A stretch of DNA of 64,000 bases, from positions 309 through 64,308 of the forward strand of contig DATJPX010000160.1 of assembly GCA_035506155.1 (NCBI GenBank), written 5' to 3'. The DNA comes from Anaerolineales bacterium. GTDB taxonomy: Bacteria; Chloroflexota; Anaerolineae; Anaerolineales; Villigracilaceae. Under the pieces are notes generated by a model, which saw only the letters and a program-made list of their open reading frames with translations, searched no databases and was not told the origin of the DNA. Below are positions 36,332-45,658 of the stretch, piece after piece. Made by a program: the position numbers and the translations under genes. Numbering within the stretch: the first letter of the stretch is position 1; each line of letters opens with the position of its first letter.

Positions 36332-37984
36332 TTATTTCCCTTGTTCCGTATTCTTGTCTTCGAGCACCTGGATGACCTGGTCGACGAACTTGCGCGGCGG
36401 CAGGGAGCCTTTTTGGTAGACCGCTTCGATATGTCCGTTCAGGCGCTTTCTTTCCTCCGGGGTGATGTCCTTGGCGCTGACGACCACGATCGGGACGTCC
36501 CGGGTGCGCGGGTCGAGGCGCAGTTCCTCCACCAGGCCGAAGCCGTCGATGCCCGGCATCATCAGGTCGGTGACGATCAGGTCGGGCAGCTTCTGCCGGG
36601 CCATGGCCAGCCCCTCCCAGCCGTCCCGGGCGTGGAACAGGCGGTAGGCCTTGCGGCTCTCCAGCAGGCGCTGGATCAGCAGGGCGTCGTCGGCGTTGTC
36701 GTCGATCAACAGGATGGTGGTGGTCTTCTCGTCCAGGTTCTCGAGGGCGGCCTGCAGGCCTTCACGCGGCGCAGGCGCCTGGGTCTCGCTCAGGTGCACG
36801 TCCACGGCGAACTGGTCGCCGACGACGTGCTTCTCGGTCGGGAAGGTATGCCCGGTGCAGTTGACCACGACCTTCTCGCCCTCGCCGATCTGGCCGGTGC
36901 GGACGAGCTTCTCCAGCCCGGCAAAGGCCACAGCCGCGGCCGGTTCGACCGCCATGCCTTCGCTGTGCGCCAGGGTGCGCATGGCCGAGAACGCTTCGGC
37001 GTCCGAGACCGCTTCCATCACCCCGCCGTACTGCTGGTACAGCTTCCACAAATAAGTGTAGACCTTGCCCGGGTCGCCGGTGGACAGGACGATGATACGC
37101 GTGTCCGGCACCACCGCCTCGGCGGTTTCCCGCCCGGCCCGGAATGCCTCGACCATCGGCGCACAGCCTTCCGCCTGGATGACAGCCAGCTTGGGGATGC
37201 GGTCGATCAGGCCCATCGCCTGCAATTCTCGGAAGCCCTGGAACACGCCCAGGGGGCCCAGCCCGCCGCTGACCGACTGGATGTACCAGTCCGGGGCGGT
37301 CCAGCCGAGCTGCTCGACGATTTCGTAGGCGATGGTCTTCATCGACTCGCGCGCCGGGACGGAGCCCGCGCCGCGGTCCAGCAGCAGGTTGCGGCGTTTG
37401 GCGAACTGGGCGGCGATCTGCTTGGTCTGGTCGTAGTTGCCGCTGACCCGGATCACCTCGGCGCCGAAGAGGGCCGCCTCGCGCAGCTTTTCCTGCGGGA
37501 CCAGGCTGGTCATGAAGACCCACAGCTTGATCCCGGCCCGGGCGCAGGCCGCCGCGTACGCCACGGCGGCGTTCCCGGTGGAGGCGATCACGGCTTCGCG
37601 CACGCCGCCCTCCAGCATGGCCGCCACGGCCACGGCGGCCTGGCGGTCCTTGAAGGAGCTGGTCGGACCGTAGCGCTCGTCCTTGATGTAGACCTGGGCC
37701 AGCCCGAGCGAAGGCCCGTAGCGCTGCGACAGCCACAGCGGAGTCCCGCCGGCCGGATACAGGTCCAGATGGGAGGGGTCGTCCAGGGGCAGCACGTCCT
37801 GGTAGCGCCACAGGTTGGACGGGCGCCCGGGCAGGCCGCGCAGGATCTCACGCTTGAACTCGGCGTACTCGTAGCGGCCTTCCAGCCAGCTCGAGCCGCA
37901 CCCGGCGCACACGGCCGGAGTGAACGGTTCGTAAGGCTGCTGTTTTCCGCAGACGATGCACTCGAGATACTTCGGTCGGGTCAT
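36332..37984 (-). CDS. threonine-synthase-like PLP enzyme fused to a C-terminal response-regulator receiver domain
   Basis: 550 aa. CIVC...CAGC Zn ribbon, GPTSSFKDRQ (PLP Lys, about K112), ASTGNAA, SVSGGLGPLG. Then REC at aa 421-540 (DNA 36365-36724): ILLIDDN, LIVTDLMMPGIDG, VVVSAK, YQKG. Confidence 0.85.
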   Translation of the reverse strand: MTRPKYLECIVCGKQQPYEPFTPAVCAGCGSSWLEGRYEYAEFKREILRGLPGRPSNLWRYQDVLPLDDPSHLDLYPAGGTPLWLSQRYGPSLGLAQVYIKDERYGPTSSFKDRQAAVAVAAMLEGGVREAVIASTGNAAVAYAAACARAGIKLWVFMTSLVPQEKLREAALFGAEVIRVSGNYDQTKQIAAQFAKRRNLLLDRGAGSVPARESMKTIAYEIVEQLGWTAPDWYIQSVSGGLGPLGVFQGFRELQAMGLIDRIPKLAVIQAEGCAPMVEAFRAGRETAEAVVPDTRIIVLSTGDPGKVYTYLWKLYQQYGGVMEAVSDAEAFSAMRTLAHSEGMAVEPAAAVAFAGLEKLVRTGQIGEGEKVVVNCTGHTFPTEKHVVGDQFAVDVHLSETQAPAPREGLQAALENLDEKTTTILLIDDNADDALLIQRLLESRKAYRLFHARDGWEGLAMARQKLPDLIVTDLMMPGIDGFGLVEELRLDPRTRDVPIVVVSAKDITPEERKRLNGHIEAVYQKGSLPPRKFVDQVIQVLEDKNTEQGK

Positions 37985-37985
37985 A

Positions 37986-39860
37986 TTATTTCTGCTGTTT
38001 CTCCGCCGGTTCGGTCAGCTTGGCTTCGAGCGGCAGTTCGACGAACAGGGTCGTGCCTTCCCCGGCGACGCCGGTGGATTCGGCCCACATGCGGCCGCCG
38101 TGCATTTCGACCAGCTTGCGGCTGATCGGCAAGCCCAGGCCGGTGCCGCCCGCCTTGCGGGTGGTCGAGGAGTCGACCTGGACGAATTCCTGGAAGATGG
38201 TTTCCAGTTCGCTGGGCGGGATGCCCACGCCGGTATCGCGCACGACGATCAGGGCGTTCTCGTCCCGCCGGTCGACGCGGATTCGGATCTTGCCCTTCTC
38301 GGTGAATTTGATGGCGTTATTGATCACGTTGATCATCACCTGGCGCAGGCGCGTCCGGTCGGCGTATATTTCGACGTTCTTGTCAGAATTCTTTTCGATC
38401 GTGAGGGTGAGCTTCTTCTCGCCCGCCAACGGCGAGGTGATGTTGACGACCTCGTCGAAGATCTCCTGGACCTTGAAGCGCTCCGGGCTCAGGTTCATCC
38501 GGCCGGCGGTGATCTTGGCCATGTCGAGCACGTCGTTGATCAGGTGCAGCAGGTGCTGGCCATTCTTCTGGATCAGGCGCAGGTCGTTGGACATGTTCTC
38601 GGTCAGCGGGCCGTCCAGTTCCTCCAGCATCACGTCGGCGAAGCCCAGGATGGAGTTCAGCGGGGTGCGCAGTTCATGGCTCATGTTGGCCAGGAAGGCG
38701 GATTTGAGCCGGTCCAGTTCCTGCAATTCGGCGGCACGTTTGCGCAGTTCATCGTTCAGGCGCAGGGTCTCGAGGTGGATGCTGGCCTGGGCGGCAATCG
38801 AGGCGGCCAGACTGGCGGCCTCCGGCGGGAGCTTGTCCGCGCCGGCGATGACCAGTTGCCCGATCGTCTCGCCGTTGACCAGCAGCGGCTGGGTCAGGTC
38901 GGCTTCTTCGATCCCGGCGGGGTCTTCCGTCGGCACGACCTGGTTGGAGTCGTAGACAAAACCGAGTGGTTTCTCTTCCTCTTGTTCGGCGGCGAACTCC
39001 TGCCAGCTTTCACGCGTCATGCGCCGGGTCAGGTCTTCTGCTTCGGCGCGGGCGCGTGAGGCGTCGGAGAGCAGGCGCAGGTTCTCGACCTGTTGGGAGA
39101 TCTGGCGGGCCACCGCAGCGATCAATTCGCGCTCGTCGTCCGTCAGGGGATGGTCCGGATCGGCCTTCAGGTAGAGGGCGCCGATCTGCTCTTCCATCAC
39201 GTCCAGCGGCACTTCGTAGCCGGAATTGGCGGGGAGCTTGTTGGTAAAAGGCGTCAGGGCATCCTTGTCGTAGGCAAAGCCGACGCGCTCGTGCTGGTGG
39301 ATGGCATCGAGATAGGACTCCCAACCTTCGTGGATGAACTGCCGGGTGGCGGATTCGGCCTCGGCGCGGGCGCGCTCAGTGGCGGCCAGCAGGCGCAGGT
39401 TCTGGATCTGCAGCGAGGCCTGCTGGGCCACGTTCTGCGCCAGGTTCATTTCCTCCGGGTCGAGCGGACGATCGGAGGGCTGTTCGATCTGCAACTCGCC
39501 GATCTCTTCGCCGCTGGCCGTCAGCAGGGCCTTGAGGGCATGGTCCAGTTGGGTCAGGGTTTGGACGGAGCCTTCGACCGGTTCCAATTTGTCCCCGGCG
39601 TAAGCAAAGCCGACCTGGTCGCGTTCGTACAGGGTGGCAGGGCTGGAGACCGCAGCCGGCGCCTCGACCGATGGAGTCTCCGCCCGGGCGGGTTGGCGCT
39701 TTTCGCTTTCCAGGAATTCTGCTTCCAATTCGAGCAGGCGGGCGCGCAGGGCATCCAACTCGGCGCGCACAGGGGGCGTCTTGCCGAGGGTCGATGCGGC
39801 TATTTGCTCGATGTCGCTGAACAGCATCTTCAAACGTTGACGATATCTCTTCGTATCCAT
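37986..39860 (-). CDS. soluble histidine kinase: coiled coil, three tandem half-GAF-like modules, HisKA, HATPase
   Basis: 624 aa, no TM. H-box NMSHELRTPLNSI. N box INNAIKFT. G boxes DTGVGIP and GGTGLGL. Stop lies 1 nt before the ThrC-REC start. Confidence 0.9.
   Translation of the reverse strand: MDTKRYRQRLKMLFSDIEQIAASTLGKTPPVRAELDALRARLLELEAEFLESEKRQPARAETPSVEAPAAVSSPATLYERDQVGFAYAGDKLEPVEGSVQTLTQLDHALKALLTASGEEIGELQIEQPSDRPLDPEEMNLAQNVAQQASLQIQNLRLLAATERARAEAESATRQFIHEGWESYLDAIHQHERVGFAYDKDALTPFTNKLPANSGYEVPLDVMEEQIGALYLKADPDHPLTDDERELIAAVARQISQQVENLRLLSDASRARAEAEDLTRRMTRESWQEFAAEQEEEKPLGFVYDSNQVVPTEDPAGIEEADLTQPLLVNGETIGQLVIAGADKLPPEAASLAASIAAQASIHLETLRLNDELRKRAAELQELDRLKSAFLANMSHELRTPLNSILGFADVMLEELDGPLTENMSNDLRLIQKNGQHLLHLINDVLDMAKITAGRMNLSPERFKVQEIFDEVVNITSPLAGEKKLTLTIEKNSDKNVEIYADRTRLRQVMINVINNAIKFTEKGKIRIRVDRRDENALIVVRDTGVGIPPSELETIFQEFVQVDSSTTRKAGGTGLGLPISRKLVEMHGGRMWAESTGVAGEGTTLFVELPLEAKLTEPAEKQQK
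38706..39623 (-). repeat. three tandem ~300-bp coding repeats (about 95-105 aa modules) inside the kinase gene
   Basis: Modules begin VGFAYAGDKLEP / VGFAYDKDALTP / LGFVYDSNQVVP. They end QNLRLLAATERARAEAE / ENLRLLSDASRARAEAE / ETLRLNDELRKRAAE. DNA-level similarity is visible, e.g. 39040-39140 versus 39352-39455. Confidence 0.75.
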
Positions 39861-39911
39861 GTCTATGCCTCAGGCCTCCAGCGCCGCAGATCGCCGCAGG
39901 GAAATCACTGT

Positions 39912-42900
39912 CTACTTGCCCTTGCCCTTGCCATTCTTCTTGTCTTTGACACCCAACTGCGCGATGGTCAGCGGGGCATTCAGAGCCCGGCCGAGTTCGC
40001 GCGCCGCGATCTGCAGGACGGCCTCCACCGAAGTGGCGGACTGGATCTTCTGGCTGATGGTGTTGAGGGCGGTCTCGCGTTCGGCCTGGCGCTGCGCCAC
40101 GGAGTAGGTACGGGCGTTCTGCAAGGCGACGGCGATCTGGGCCGCCAGGGTGGTCTGGATGCGGATGTCTTCTTCAGTGAAGTGATCGGCCTTGTCGGAC
40201 TGGACGTCGAACACGCCGATCACGTTCCCACCGACGATCATCGGGACGGCCAGTTCGGCACGCGTCTCGGGCAGCAGCGGGTGCGGCAGGAAGTCGGGGT
40301 CGATGCGTACGTTGTTCACGATGACGCCTTCGCGGGAGCGGGCAGCCCGCGCCACCAGCGATTGTTCACGGCTAAGCGGGATCGAGCGGCCTTCGGACAC
40401 CATCTGCTTGCCCACGTCGCCAGCGCCGGCGGAGAGATCCAGGGTATCGCCGGTCTCGTTCAACAGGTAGATATGGGCGTGGTACAGGCCGAAGGATTGT
40501 TTGGTCAGGTCGACCACTTCCTGCAACAGGCGGTCGGTGTCGATGATCGTGGCAGCCGCCGTACTCACGCGGGCCGCCAGTTCCAGCTCGGTGGCGCGCT
40601 TGTCGAGGGCGGCCTCGTCCATTTTGCGTTGGGTGAAGTCCGAAGCGCTGAACAGGAGGCAGTCGTCGTTGTTATAGCGGATCTGATGCACGTAGAGCAG
40701 CACGTAGAAACCGTGGCCGTCGGCATGCTTGGTGTGTAATTCGTAGCCGACCAGGCTGCCACGCGTTTCCAGTTCCTTGAACAGGCGCGGCCGGTCTTCC
40801 GGGTCGAAGTAGAAATCGGGGGTGCGCTTGCCCATCAGGTCCTTTGTGTCGTATCCCAGCAGTTCGCCGAAGGCGGGGTTGGCGTACAGGAGCACACCGT
40901 CGGTCTTGCGGCTGATCGCAATGGAGGTCGGCACGGTCTTCAGGATGGTGTCGAGGCGTTCCTGGCTTTCCTGCACGGCCTGTTCGGCCAGTTTGCGCTC
41001 GGTGATGTCCTGGTTGGCGCCGTAATAGCGGATGATCTTGCCGAACTCATCCCGTTCGATATGAACATTGACGGAGATGTAGCCCACGCCGCCGTCCTTG
41101 TAAATGACCCGGTGTTCCAGCTTGACATTGTAGTGCCGATCGGTGGAGGCGATGGCCACCCCGATCGCCTCGCCGACCAGGTGCACGTCGTCCGGGTGGA
41201 CCAGGCGCTGGGCGTATTGCTCGGAAGACAGCTCGTAGCCGCCCATCTCCTCTGCGGTAGTATGGAAGATCGAATAGAAGTGATCATTGAAGAGGAAGCG
41301 GTCGCGTGCCACGTCGTACTCCCAGTTGGCCAACCGGGCAATGTCGAGCGCCTCGGACAACTGGGCGGCGGCACGCTGGGTCTGTTCGTACTGGCGGATG
41401 TTCAACAGGGCGATGGCGACCTGGCTGGCGATCGACAGGATCAGGTCGGTATCCTGCCCGGTCAGGCTGTTCGAGACGTTGTTCTGCACGTCCAGCACGC
41501 CCAGCACCTGGTCACCGGCCAGGATCGGCACGGCCACTTCCGACTTGGTCTCGGGCAGCAGCGGGTTGGGCAGCCAGTCGGGGTCCTTGCCTGTATCCGG
41601 CACGAGCACCGCCTGCCGGCTTTCAGCGGCGCGACCGACCAGGCCGCGCCCGCGGGCGATCTTGTGGCCGCGTTCCAGCAATGCCTGACCGGCGTCGCCC
41701 GTACCGCCGGCCATAACGAGCTCGCCGGTCGTTTCGTTCAGCAAGTAGATGTGGGCGTGGTAGTACCCAAAGGCGGTCTTGATCTGCTCGACCACCTGGG
41801 AAACCAGTTGGTGTTGGTCGAAGATGGTCGACAGGTGACGGCTGACTTCCGAGGAAGTCTCCAGGGCCTTGGTGCGATCGGCCACGCGCTGTTCCAGGGT
41901 ATCGATCATTTCACGCAACTGGGCGGTCATGGCATTGAACGTCGACGCCACCTGTTGGACTTCGGCAGTACCGGTCACTTCGGCTTTGGCTGTCAGGTTG
42001 CCTCCGGCGATCTCGGTCGCGGCCTTGGACAGCGACACCAGAGGGGCTGACAATCTGCGGGACAAGGGGATGGAGATCAAACCGGCCGCGATCAGCAGAA
42101 CGATGAACGCGATGATACCAAAACCGATCAGGGTGATGATCGACTGGTAGGCTTCCGCCCACGGAGTTTCGACGACCACGGCCCAGTTCGGCGTGGCCAA
42201 GGGAACGTACGTTCCTACAACTCTGATTCCGGTCAAGCCGGTATAAGTGGATACCCCGGGCGTGATATCGGCGGCCGCGGTTGGATTCGCAACGAATTCG
42301 CCCACTTCCCCGATGTTCTTGAGATTCTTGCCCTGTAAAACCAAGCCGGTATCCCGGTAGGCGAGTAAGTTCCCTTTACTATCGACCACGTAAATGTAGC
42401 CGGCTTTGCCCACCTTGAATTGATCGACCAAATCCCGCATGAACTTCAGGTTGATCTCAGCCACCAGAGTCCCTTGAACATCACCTAAATCGTCCTTTAC
42501 CGGAATGGCGACACTGATCAAAGGTTCGCTGGTCGTATCATCGGTGTAGAGGGCGCCAAAATATTCCTGGCCCTTGGCTGTCTGGGTCAGTGCGTCGCCC
42601 TTCAGTTGTGCTTGGAATTGCGCCGACAGGCTCGAAGAAAAGCGCGAAACCTGGGATACGACCTGTCCACGGCTATCCAACAAGGCAAATTGCCGGAAGG
42701 CTGTATCGACCCCCAGCAAACTCTCCACGAAGGTCCTCTGGGTATCCGGATCGGCAGCGATCGGGTTGGTCATAGACACGGCAGTCTGCATGCGGGCGAC
42801 CCGTTCTAGGATGAAGTTGCTGACCGAGGTGCCGGCCTCGCGAGCCGTGGCATCCTGCTGCGAAGTCAAGGCAGCCTGCTGAGTGCGCACTCCCTCGATG

Positions 42901-43013
42901 AGGAATATGTTCCCGGTGATCAACAAGGCGACAGAAGCCACAAGGATGAGCATCTGGGCAAGTGTTTGTGCAAGGGTACGTGGCATTCGTGGCCGTTTTG
43001 CTGGAGTTTTCAT
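39912..43013 (-). CDS. membrane sensor without transmitter: TM, Cache-like extracytoplasmic domain, TM, HAMP, GAF, PAS, PAS, GAF
   Basis: 1033 aa. TM1 [21 protein letters not shown]2 [47 protein letters not shown]. Two paralogous GAFs ([22 protein letters not shown] and [22 protein letters not shown]). Ends in [11 protein letters not shown] with no H-box or ATPase motifs. Confidence 0.8.
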   Translation of the reverse strand: MKTPAKRPRMPRTLAQTLAQMLILVASVALLITGNIFLIEGVRTQQAALTSQQDATAREAGTSVSNFILERVARMQTAVSMTNPIAADPDTQRTFVESLLGVDTAFRQFALLDSRGQVVSQVSRFSSSLSAQFQAQLKGDALTQTAKGQEYFGALYTDDTTSEPLISVAIPVKDDLGDVQGTLVAEINLKFMRDLVDQFKVGKAGYIYVVDSKGNLLAYRDTGLVLQGKNLKNIGEVGEFVANPTAAADITPGVSTYTGLTGIRVVGTYVPLATPNWAVVVETPWAEAYQSIITLIGFGIIAFIVLLIAAGLISIPLSRRLSAPLVSLSKAATEIAGGNLTAKAEVTGTAEVQQVASTFNAMTAQLREMIDTLEQRVADRTKALETSSEVSRHLSTIFDQHQLVSQVVEQIKTAFGYYHAHIYLLNETTGELVMAGGTGDAGQALLERGHKIARGRGLVGRAAESRQAVLVPDTGKDPDWLPNPLLPETKSEVAVPILAGDQVLGVLDVQNNVSNSLTGQDTDLILSIASQVAIALLNIRQYEQTQRAAAQLSEALDIARLANWEYDVARDRFLFNDHFYSIFHTTAEEMGGYELSSEQYAQRLVHPDDVHLVGEAIGVAIASTDRHYNVKLEHRVIYKDGGVGYISVNVHIERDEFGKIIRYYGANQDITERKLAEQAVQESQERLDTILKTVPTSIAISRKTDGVLLYANPAFGELLGYDTKDLMGKRTPDFYFDPEDRPRLFKELETRGSLVGYELHTKHADGHGFYVLLYVHQIRYNNDDCLLFSASDFTQRKMDEAALDKRATELELAARVSTAAATIIDTDRLLQEVVDLTKQSFGLYHAHIYLLNETGDTLDLSAGAGDVGKQMVSEGRSIPLSREQSLVARAARSREGVIVNNVRIDPDFLPHPLLPETRAELAVPMIVGGNVIGVFDVQSDKADHFTEEDIRIQTTLAAQIAVALQNARTYSVAQRQAERETALNTISQKIQSATSVEAVLQIAARELGRALNAPLTIAQLGVKDKKNGKGKGK

Positions 43014-43083
43014 ATCATCTCACTTTTCTACTCGTTGGGTAACAACGCTGATTAATCCATGCCGAGTGGTTTCTACACTCCAG

Positions 43084-44097
43084 CTAGTGGAGCACATTAT
43101 CCGCTTGCTTGATCAAGCCTTCAGGCACCGTAACGCCCAGGGCTTGGGCAGCCTTCAGGTTGATCTGGAAATAACTTTCGGAGGTCAGGACCGGGACGGA
43201 GCCAACTGGCGTTCCCTTGAAGATCTTGTCAGCCTGGGTAGCCGCATCCGCGCCCACGATCTCGGGCTTCGGCAGCAAGCCGAAGAGGGAGGCATGTCCA
43301 TCCGGCTCCATAATGGCGCCGCCAATCGGAATCCGGTGGGCATAACAGAAATTGCCCAGGAGCGAGTAAAAATCGGGCGTAATGCCCAACGGTTCCACCA
43401 GCATCAGGACGGCATCGAAGCCGACACCATCCGAGGTGGTCAATTGATCGAGCTCATTCTGGAGATCCTGGGGAGCGGTTGCAGGGAATTCGATCAACTG
43501 CACTCCCGCCGCCTGGGCCTGCGGGCGGATGGCGTCCAGCTGGCCGGGCACGTTCGGATATCCCTTGAGATAGGGTGCGAAGACGCGTTTCGCGTTGGGA
43601 GCCATCTGAAGCAGGACCTGCAGGCGCTTGCTAGCCGTGTCGGCGCTGCCCCAGCGTACACCGGTGATATTCCCACCCGGCTTCTGGACACTGTCGATCA
43701 AGTTAACGCCGGGGACATCCGTGAATGCCAGGGCAAAGACCACCGGGATGTTCGTGCCTTTGGTGTCGGCTTTGGCTTCCATGGCGGCTTCCGTCGGGAA
43801 GGCCAGGATGAGGTCCACTTTTTCGCTCACGAACTTTCCGATGGCTGCTTTATAGGCTGCGGTATCGACGTTGGTCGACTGCACATCGTAAGTGATATTC
43901 TTGCCTTCAACATAGCCCAGGCTGGTCATCTTGGCTTTAAAACCGTCGACGATACCGCTGAAAGCATCCAAACCCGACAGGATACCCACATGGTAGACCT
44001 TCGTCGGCTGGGTACCGCACCCGCCCAAGGGCAGGACGACCAGGACGATCAGAACGAGGACCATCAACCCCTTTTGAACTAATCCCTTATTGAACAT
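43084..44097 (-). CDS. ABC_sub_bind (PF04392-like) substrate-binding lipoprotein, orphan
   Basis: 337 aa. Lipobox LPLGGC. VGILSGLDAFSGIVDGFKAKMTSLGYVEGKNITYD...DLILAFPTEAAMEAK...PVVF...PGGNITGV. Confidence 0.75.
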   Translation of the reverse strand: MFNKGLVQKGLMVLVLIVLVVLPLGGCGTQPTKVYHVGILSGLDAFSGIVDGFKAKMTSLGYVEGKNITYDVQSTNVDTAAYKAAIGKFVSEKVDLILAFPTEAAMEAKADTKGTNIPVVFALAFTDVPGVNLIDSVQKPGGNITGVRWGSADTASKRLQVLLQMAPNAKRVFAPYLKGYPNVPGQLDAIRPQAQAAGVQLIEFPATAPQDLQNELDQLTTSDGVGFDAVLMLVEPLGITPDFYSLLGNFCYAHRIPIGGAIMEPDGHASLFGLLPKPEIVGADAATQADKIFKGTPVGSVPVLTSESYFQINLKAAQALGVTVPEGLIKQADNVLH

Positions 44098-44177
44098 GCT
44101 CTACTCCTTCCTTTCCATTTCTTACGTTGAACGATTGATTCGCCAGGTAAATTCACAGATATGGCCGGATGGTCGTT

Positions 44178-45524
44178 TTATCGATCCATCTTTGCCGGTT
44201 GCGCACACGAAAGAACATATTCCAGGGCAATGGATGCCTGACTGGCGATTGCCCGCAGCAGCAACATATGATCCGGGGTGAAATAGCCCGGCTTTTCATG
44301 GATCAACACCAACCAACCCAGATGGCTGAGGCGCCCCGCCAATGGAACGATCAGCAGCGAACGGACCGAGTCGTCTGCTCCGGCCGGCCAGTGTGGGTCG
44401 GACCGGACATCCTCGACGACCAAGCCCTGCGGGGAGTCCTTGAGCTGGCCGAAGATACTTTCCAGGGGCGGGAGGTGGATTTCTTTGGGCTTATCGGTTG
44501 GACCGGGGAGTTCATATTCTTTGATCAATGACGCAGAGGCGTTCGTCACCACGATGCCTCCGAGCATTGCCCCCAAGGTTTCCACCGAACGACGCAGGAT
44601 CACATCCGCCAACTCGTCCAGATCCAGCCGGCCGCTAAAGTCACGACCGACCTCGGGCAGGACGTTGAACTCACGGCTGCGGCGGCGAATGGCGTCTTCG
44701 GTTTCCTTGGCGCGCAATTTCGTGCGGACGCGGGCAAGCAGTTCGCGCCGATCGAAGGGTTTGGTGATGTAATCGTCCGCCCCCAGGTTCAACCCGGACT
44801 GGATGTCGGCGGGATTGTGCCGGGCGGCGGTGATGAAGATTACCGGGATGTGCTCGATGGCCGGATCCGAGCGGATCTCTTTCAGCACCTCGAAGCCGTC
44901 CTTGCCGGGCATATTGACGTCCAGCAGGATCAGGTCGGGCATCTCGGCCCGCGTCACTTCGAGCGTTTCGTTCCCGTCCGAGGAGGTGACGATCGTGTAT
45001 CCCTCGGCCTGCATGTTGCGCGAGAGCAACAGGACATTGTCCGCCACGTCGTCGGCGATCAGCAGCTTGAACGGTTGTTGAGCTTTCCCGGAAGGCTCAG
45101 GCTGCTTGGCGGCCCGGATCGTTCCGAGCGCCTTGCGAACGACCTCGCGGATATATTCCGGCCGGAATGGCTTGATAATGGTCTCATTGACTTTCAAACG
45201 GCGGGCGCTTTCCTTCAGGCCGGGAACGTCATATGCCGTGATCAGGATCGAATACGCCGGACGACCACCCGGATGGGAACGCAGGTTCTCGATCAGTTCC
45301 AGGCCGTTCATATCCGGCATCATCATGTCGGTAATGACCAGGTCGACCGCATTTCCTTCCACGCGGGACAATGCCTCTTCACCGCAGATGGCAGGAATGA
45401 CTTCAACGTCCGGTCCCAGTTGGGACAGGTTGCGTGCCAGCGTGGCCGCCATGCCGGGATGATCATCGACCACCAGGATGCGCGCCTTGGCAGCAAGAGG
45501 GGATATGGTTGCGTCTTTGTTCAT
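44178..45524 (-). CDS. response regulator with two receiver domains and a C-terminal GAF domain
   Basis: 448 aa. REC1 ILVVDDH/LVITDMMMPDMNG/ILITAY/IIKP. REC2 LLIADDV/LILLDVNMPGKDG/IFITAA/YITKP. Then a GAF-like C-terminus. Confidence 0.85.
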   Translation of the reverse strand: MNKDATISPLAAKARILVVDDHPGMAATLARNLSQLGPDVEVIPAICGEEALSRVEGNAVDLVITDMMMPDMNGLELIENLRSHPGGRPAYSILITAYDVPGLKESARRLKVNETIIKPFRPEYIREVVRKALGTIRAAKQPEPSGKAQQPFKLLIADDVADNVLLLSRNMQAEGYTIVTSSDGNETLEVTRAEMPDLILLDVNMPGKDGFEVLKEIRSDPAIEHIPVIFITAARHNPADIQSGLNLGADDYITKPFDRRELLARVRTKLRAKETEDAIRRRSREFNVLPEVGRDFSGRLDLDELADVILRRSVETLGAMLGGIVVTNASASLIKEYELPGPTDKPKEIHLPPLESIFGQLKDSPQGLVVEDVRSDPHWPAGADDSVRSLLIVPLAGRLSHLGWLVLIHEKPGYFTPDHMLLLRAIASQASIALEYVLSCAQPAKMDR

Positions 45525-45576
45525 CGGTTCTATTTTCCCGCTAATCCCGTCCAGCCCCGATGGTCATGCGGAGGAA

Positions 45577-45599
45577 AAAGTTGGCAAAAGTTGGCAAAT
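45577..45599 (-). promoter_or_regulatory. perfect tandem 10-bp direct repeat (minus strand TTGCCAACTT x2), 53-75 nt upstream of the REC-REC-GAF start
   Basis: The plus strand reads aaaagttggcaaaagttggcaaa. Helical-turn spacing is typical of OmpR-family half sites. An OmpR-type regulator is encoded immediately upstream. Confidence 0.4.
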
Positions 45600-45629
45600 A
45601 CAAAAATCCGCCCCCTTCCCAGGAGACGG
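45597..45629 (-). terminator. intrinsic terminator after the OmpR-type regulator gene (minus strand only)
   Basis: Minus-strand RNA CCGUCUCC-UGGGAA-GGGGGCGG (8 bp, 2 G-U) followed by AUUUUUGUAUUU. The G-U pairs make it strand-specific. Confidence 0.5.
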
Positions 45630-45658
45630 ATGGTGACTGTTGAAATCTGTGCTGCGAC

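Noticed and set aside
36341-38125. 594-aa plus-strand ORF, and the similar 37956-39059 and 39093-40739 ORFs
   Set aside because: They are antisense to the ThrC-REC, kinase and sensor genes, which carry clear catalytic motifs. The composition is a GC-frame artefact.
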